A stretch of 62,774 nucleotides of DNA, filler included. It is 13 parts of 13 records of this genome, joined end to end, with 100 filler letters (N's around TTAATTAATTAA, not from the genome) between each part and the next. Parts side by side here need not be neighbours in the genome. Positions count along the whole stretch, not along the records: positions 52,992 to 59,443 come from SRR7504441_54169; positions 59,544 to 62,774 come from SRR7504441_54195; 11 more parts are not named here. One strand, 5' to 3'. Positions 59,350 to 62,774 of this stretch are shown here, piece after piece. Both the position numbers and the translations under genes were made by a program. The notes under the pieces were generated by a model. That model ran no database searches. It was given only the letters and a program-made list of their open reading frames with translations, and was not told the DNA's origin. Numbering within the stretch: position 1 is the first letter of the stretch; the number at the start of each line of letters is the position of its first letter.

Positions 59350-59677
59350 GGCTGTCCTGCGATGCGACGCCGAGGGCGCAACCAGTTGCAAGAGGGAGAT
59401 CGAGTCGAAAGCGAGTCCGTTACTTTTTGACAGCGATGCCGCGNNNNNNNNNNNNNNNNNNNNNNNNNNNNNNNNNNNNNNNNNNNNTTAATTAATTAAN
59501 NNNNNNNNNNNNNNNNNNNNNNNNNNNNNNNNNNNNNNNNNNNTGGTCTAAGATCGAAATACTAAAGTAAGTTTTAAAAGGTAGTGAAACAGTCCCTATT
59601 CGAGTCTCTCTTGCGCATGCCCAGCTTGTACACGTAATATCGGGATCGGACAACGGTTACCACGACTTGTACGCCTC

Positions 59678-62372
59678 ATGGCGGAGCTCAGCCCAGACTT
59701 CCAGCGCGGGTTCAACGCCGGGATGGCCTCGGCCAAGAGCAAGGAGCTGATGGTGGCCGTGGGTGGGATTCCGCTCGGGCGCTCCGGCGCGGTCACGGTC
59801 GCACACTTGGTCCCCCCGGGCGACAGCGACAAGACCAAGCTGATCGAAGGCCAGGGCAACCGCCGGGTGAATGTGGTTCGGCTGGACCACCAGAAGTCGG
59901 TCATGGCCCAGTGGAAGGCCCTCCCGACTCAGTCCGGCCAGCACAGCTCGGTGCTCTCTGTGTTTAAGATGCACTCGGCGTGGTTTGGCCAAGAGGACTG
60001 GCAGCGGCAGCTCGCGGCGAATGTGTCCGACTTTTACCAGCAGCAGGGCCAGGAGAGCGCGGTGATCCCCCCGGAGGCGGACAAGGTACTGGCCGATCGC
60101 AGGATGATGTTCGAGCTCCAGGTGTCCCGGCCCGGCGGCCCAACGGCCAGCCCCGGCAGGTGGACGTGTGCAATATGGTGGCAACCCAGGGCCAGAGCAA
60201 GTTTCCACCGGTGTGCGTGCCTGAGTCGTTCGAGCTGCTGGAGCGGACGCATGGCTCGCCGGAGCGGCTGCTGGATGGCGCGCTTGACATGTGCCAGGGG
60301 GTGCGGTGGGCGGGGTGCCCGCCCGCCGAGCACGTGCAGGTGTACCCGATTGTTGTCAAGCCTCAGAACTCTGGCAATCACGCCCAGTTTGCTCTAGTAT
60401 TCGACGAGCACGGGCTGCGCGAGCATATCCGCCGGATCGGACACTTGCCCTGTCTGGAGCAGTATGTACCACACGGTGGTGCGGTGTACAAAGTCTATGT
60501 GATAGGAAGCCAAGTGTGGGTGGCACGCCGACGGTGCATGGACATTAGGGCGCGGCCAGAGTGCCGGGCAGGTCGTTACCGGATGTGACCTCGACCGCAC
60601 GGCCGGCACTAGAGGCAATGGCGGATAAAATACAGGGACAGTACGTGCAGACCAGCCAAGGCGTCGGGTATATTCAATTCGACTCCGGAGTACTCACAAA
60701 AGGTAGCCCACGGCCGGCCTGGGGTGAGCCTGTGGTAGGGGTGAACCAGTCGCTGGCACCTCCGCTGTGCACCTCGGCCAAGGCACAGGGGCTTAACCAT
60801 GAACTCATGCAGCTGATCACACAAGTGAGACTCCGGCCGGGCATTGCCAGCCAACTGTTTGGCAGGCGCTCGGACAAAAGATGAAGGCCGGGCTGTTCGG
60901 TTTTGACATTCTAGTCGGGTCGCACGGCCAGTGGCAGGGCAAGTATTTGCTAATAGACGTGAACCTGTTCCCTGGGTACAAAGGGCTCACCAATGCCACA
61001 AAGCTGATCCAGGGCCATCTAGTCAACTCGGCGATTAATATGGCGCTGGCCCAGGACCGCAAGACGCTCACTGACGAGCCGATGGTCGAGAAGCTCTGCC
61101 TAGCCGCGCTCGAGCGGTCCATGTCGAACAACTCTGTGGCCAATAAGGTCATGCTCCAGGCGGTCAGAGGCGGCAAAAAGCGTGCCACGGTCAAGTGCCT
61201 AAAGCGTGGATATAATTCCATATTCACTGTCACGCTGCCGGAGCTGGTGAGTGGCTCGGGTGCCACGCTCAAAGTGTACGGACGGGGCGACTTTGGGGCA
61301 AATACCTCCCAGAATCAGCTGACGTATGCTCTGGGCGAGATGGGGTTCGGAGTGCCTGTCCTCGAGGAGATCACCGCCAGCTACTACGGAGAGACCATAG
61401 AAGTGGGTCGGATAGAGGCGCTGCTGCCTGGGGCCTCTGTGGCCCAGCTGATGCCGACAGGGGACGCACTCTTCGAGGGCAACGGATTCTGGCATCCGTT
61501 TGGGTGGCGGATGGCCCAGTTCCACCAGATCATCACAAACGGTGCGGTGCCTTTGCCCGTCCGGCTGACCAGGCGGCAGCCGAGTTCATGTCGCAGCACT
61601 TTGACCAGCCGCACACGGCGTGCATCACGGCACGGCTGACCGAGTGGCGCCGGATGGCCTTGGCGTACGTGTCCAATTCTCTACTCGACAAGGCCCCGGG
61701 CTGGGCTGAGCTCTACAAAGGGTTCCGACACCTCACCGAGGCACCCATCCGACCCAGCCAGGCACTGACCGTTGGGGCCAGACGGCCGAGCAGCTACTGG
61801 TGGCCACCAACCAGGCGCTTGAGTCGGCCTCGGCCAAGAAACTTGTGTTCGGGCACTTCGACGTCAACACGGGTAACATCATGGTCGAGTTCAGCAAAAA
61901 CGCGGCAGAGGTCCACTTGATCGACTTTGAGTGGGCTGGGCCAAACGTCGCGGCATACGATTTCGCCAAGTTCATGGTGTCGATGTTCATCAGCAGCCGA
62001 CGCGGGCAGAGCACCCTGAGCCCTGCAGCGCTGCACGCCGGACTTAAGCAGTGGGTCGGCTCTTACCTCTCTGCCACCTCGCAGCTGTGTCCAGAAAGTG
62101 GACTGGGGTTTGCCACACAGGCGAGTGAAGTGGACCCACAGGCCGTTGAGCTATTTGTGGCTGACGTGATGCGGTACACCCCGATAGTGGCCTGCGTCAA
62201 CTTCTTCTCGAATGTCATCCACGCATACCATGCCGACCAGCTATTGCATATCCCCGAGAGCACAGAACTGTGGCTGGCGGAGGGCCGGATGTCCTGGCTA
62301 GCCCATGCTGCCTCGCACCTGGAGGCCTACTGGGCGTTCAGAGCTAATCTGCCGACCAGCTCAAAGCTGTGA
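59678..62372 (+). CDS. Fusion of an inositol 1,3,4-trisphosphate 5/6-kinase (ITPK1-type ATP-grasp) and a choline/ethanolamine-kinase-like domain
   Basis: ITPK motifs: YPIVVKP, EQYVPHGGAVYKVYVIG, RSLPD, LFGFDI, IDVNLFPGY. Kinase motifs: LKVYG, GRIE, MAQFH, VFGHFDVNTGNI (Brenner motif), LIDFEWAG.N..AYD. Confidence 0.8.
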
Positions 62373-62774
62373 TCAGCGGGCCCAATGTTGCATCCAGATT
62401 TGCAAGACCTCGTCACCTCAGCTAGTGCTCAGTAGCTACTACGAGTACTCGCAGCCTAGGCATGACACGCGTGCTGGTACGAGTAGCGTGTGCCGGTTAC
62501 TTGCCGGTCATTGGCCCAAGATACTACTGGTATTTAAGGTGGGAAGGTTAACCATAAAAATCAAATGAACGGCTGAGCTAAGCCCCAAGTAGCCTCAAGG
62601 CACAGCAACTAGTATTCATAGCAACACCGAATTAACACCGAATTATCAAGCAATTAGCTACTCGTACAGTACGGAGACCACGTAGCAAGGCTATACCGAA
62701 GCAAGGCACATAAGTTATAATAAAACCATCTTGGGTCATAGTTATGCCGTACTGGTTACTGGAGTAATTACTGT

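Noticed and set aside
62622-62645. Short direct repeat ACACCGAATTA x2, and the small hairpin TCTGACA-GCGA-TGTCAGA near 43721
   Set aside because: Too short and isolated to support a function; no CRISPR-like periodicity.

Overview
This window is eukaryotic DNA from an unidentified, gene-dense, GC-rich protist, probably a bacterivore (it encodes a secreted GH25 lysozyme). It is a pseudomolecule of 13 contig pieces joined by twelve artificial 100-bp linkers (N44-TTAATTAATTAA-N44), so adjacency across linkers has no meaning. The ORF track is fragmented because most genes carry tiny introns, mostly 37-46 nt. In six genes rebuilt by hand against conserved protein sequence, 8 of 24 introns use a GC donor. 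Recognisable genes: GH25 lysozyme, TrmO/TsaA, reticulon-like protein, selenoprotein T (in-frame UGA plus SECIS), Rad6-like E2, SmE, FAM98, Sfp-type PPTase, VIT-vWA protein, START fragment, RAD51B-like, PP2A B56, GH32, Oxa1/Cox18, MORN protein, RPS20, phage-type mitochondrial RNA polymerase, and ankyrin, LRR and coiled-coil proteins. The most unusual items are: the GC-AG-rich mini-intron system; a roughly 550-aa REV1 that keeps its scaffold domains but has lost its catalytic motifs; an ITPK1/choline-kinase fusion; a GCN5-like GNAT/PARP fusion; a stand-alone EF-2 domain IV-like protein; a SAND-like domain inserted inside a PHD finger; a recurrent intergenic TACTCGTA motif near gene 3' ends; and head-to-head gene pairs only 34-165 bp apart. 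All family assignments come from motif recognition by eye, with no database searches. Exon boundaries are hand-derived.
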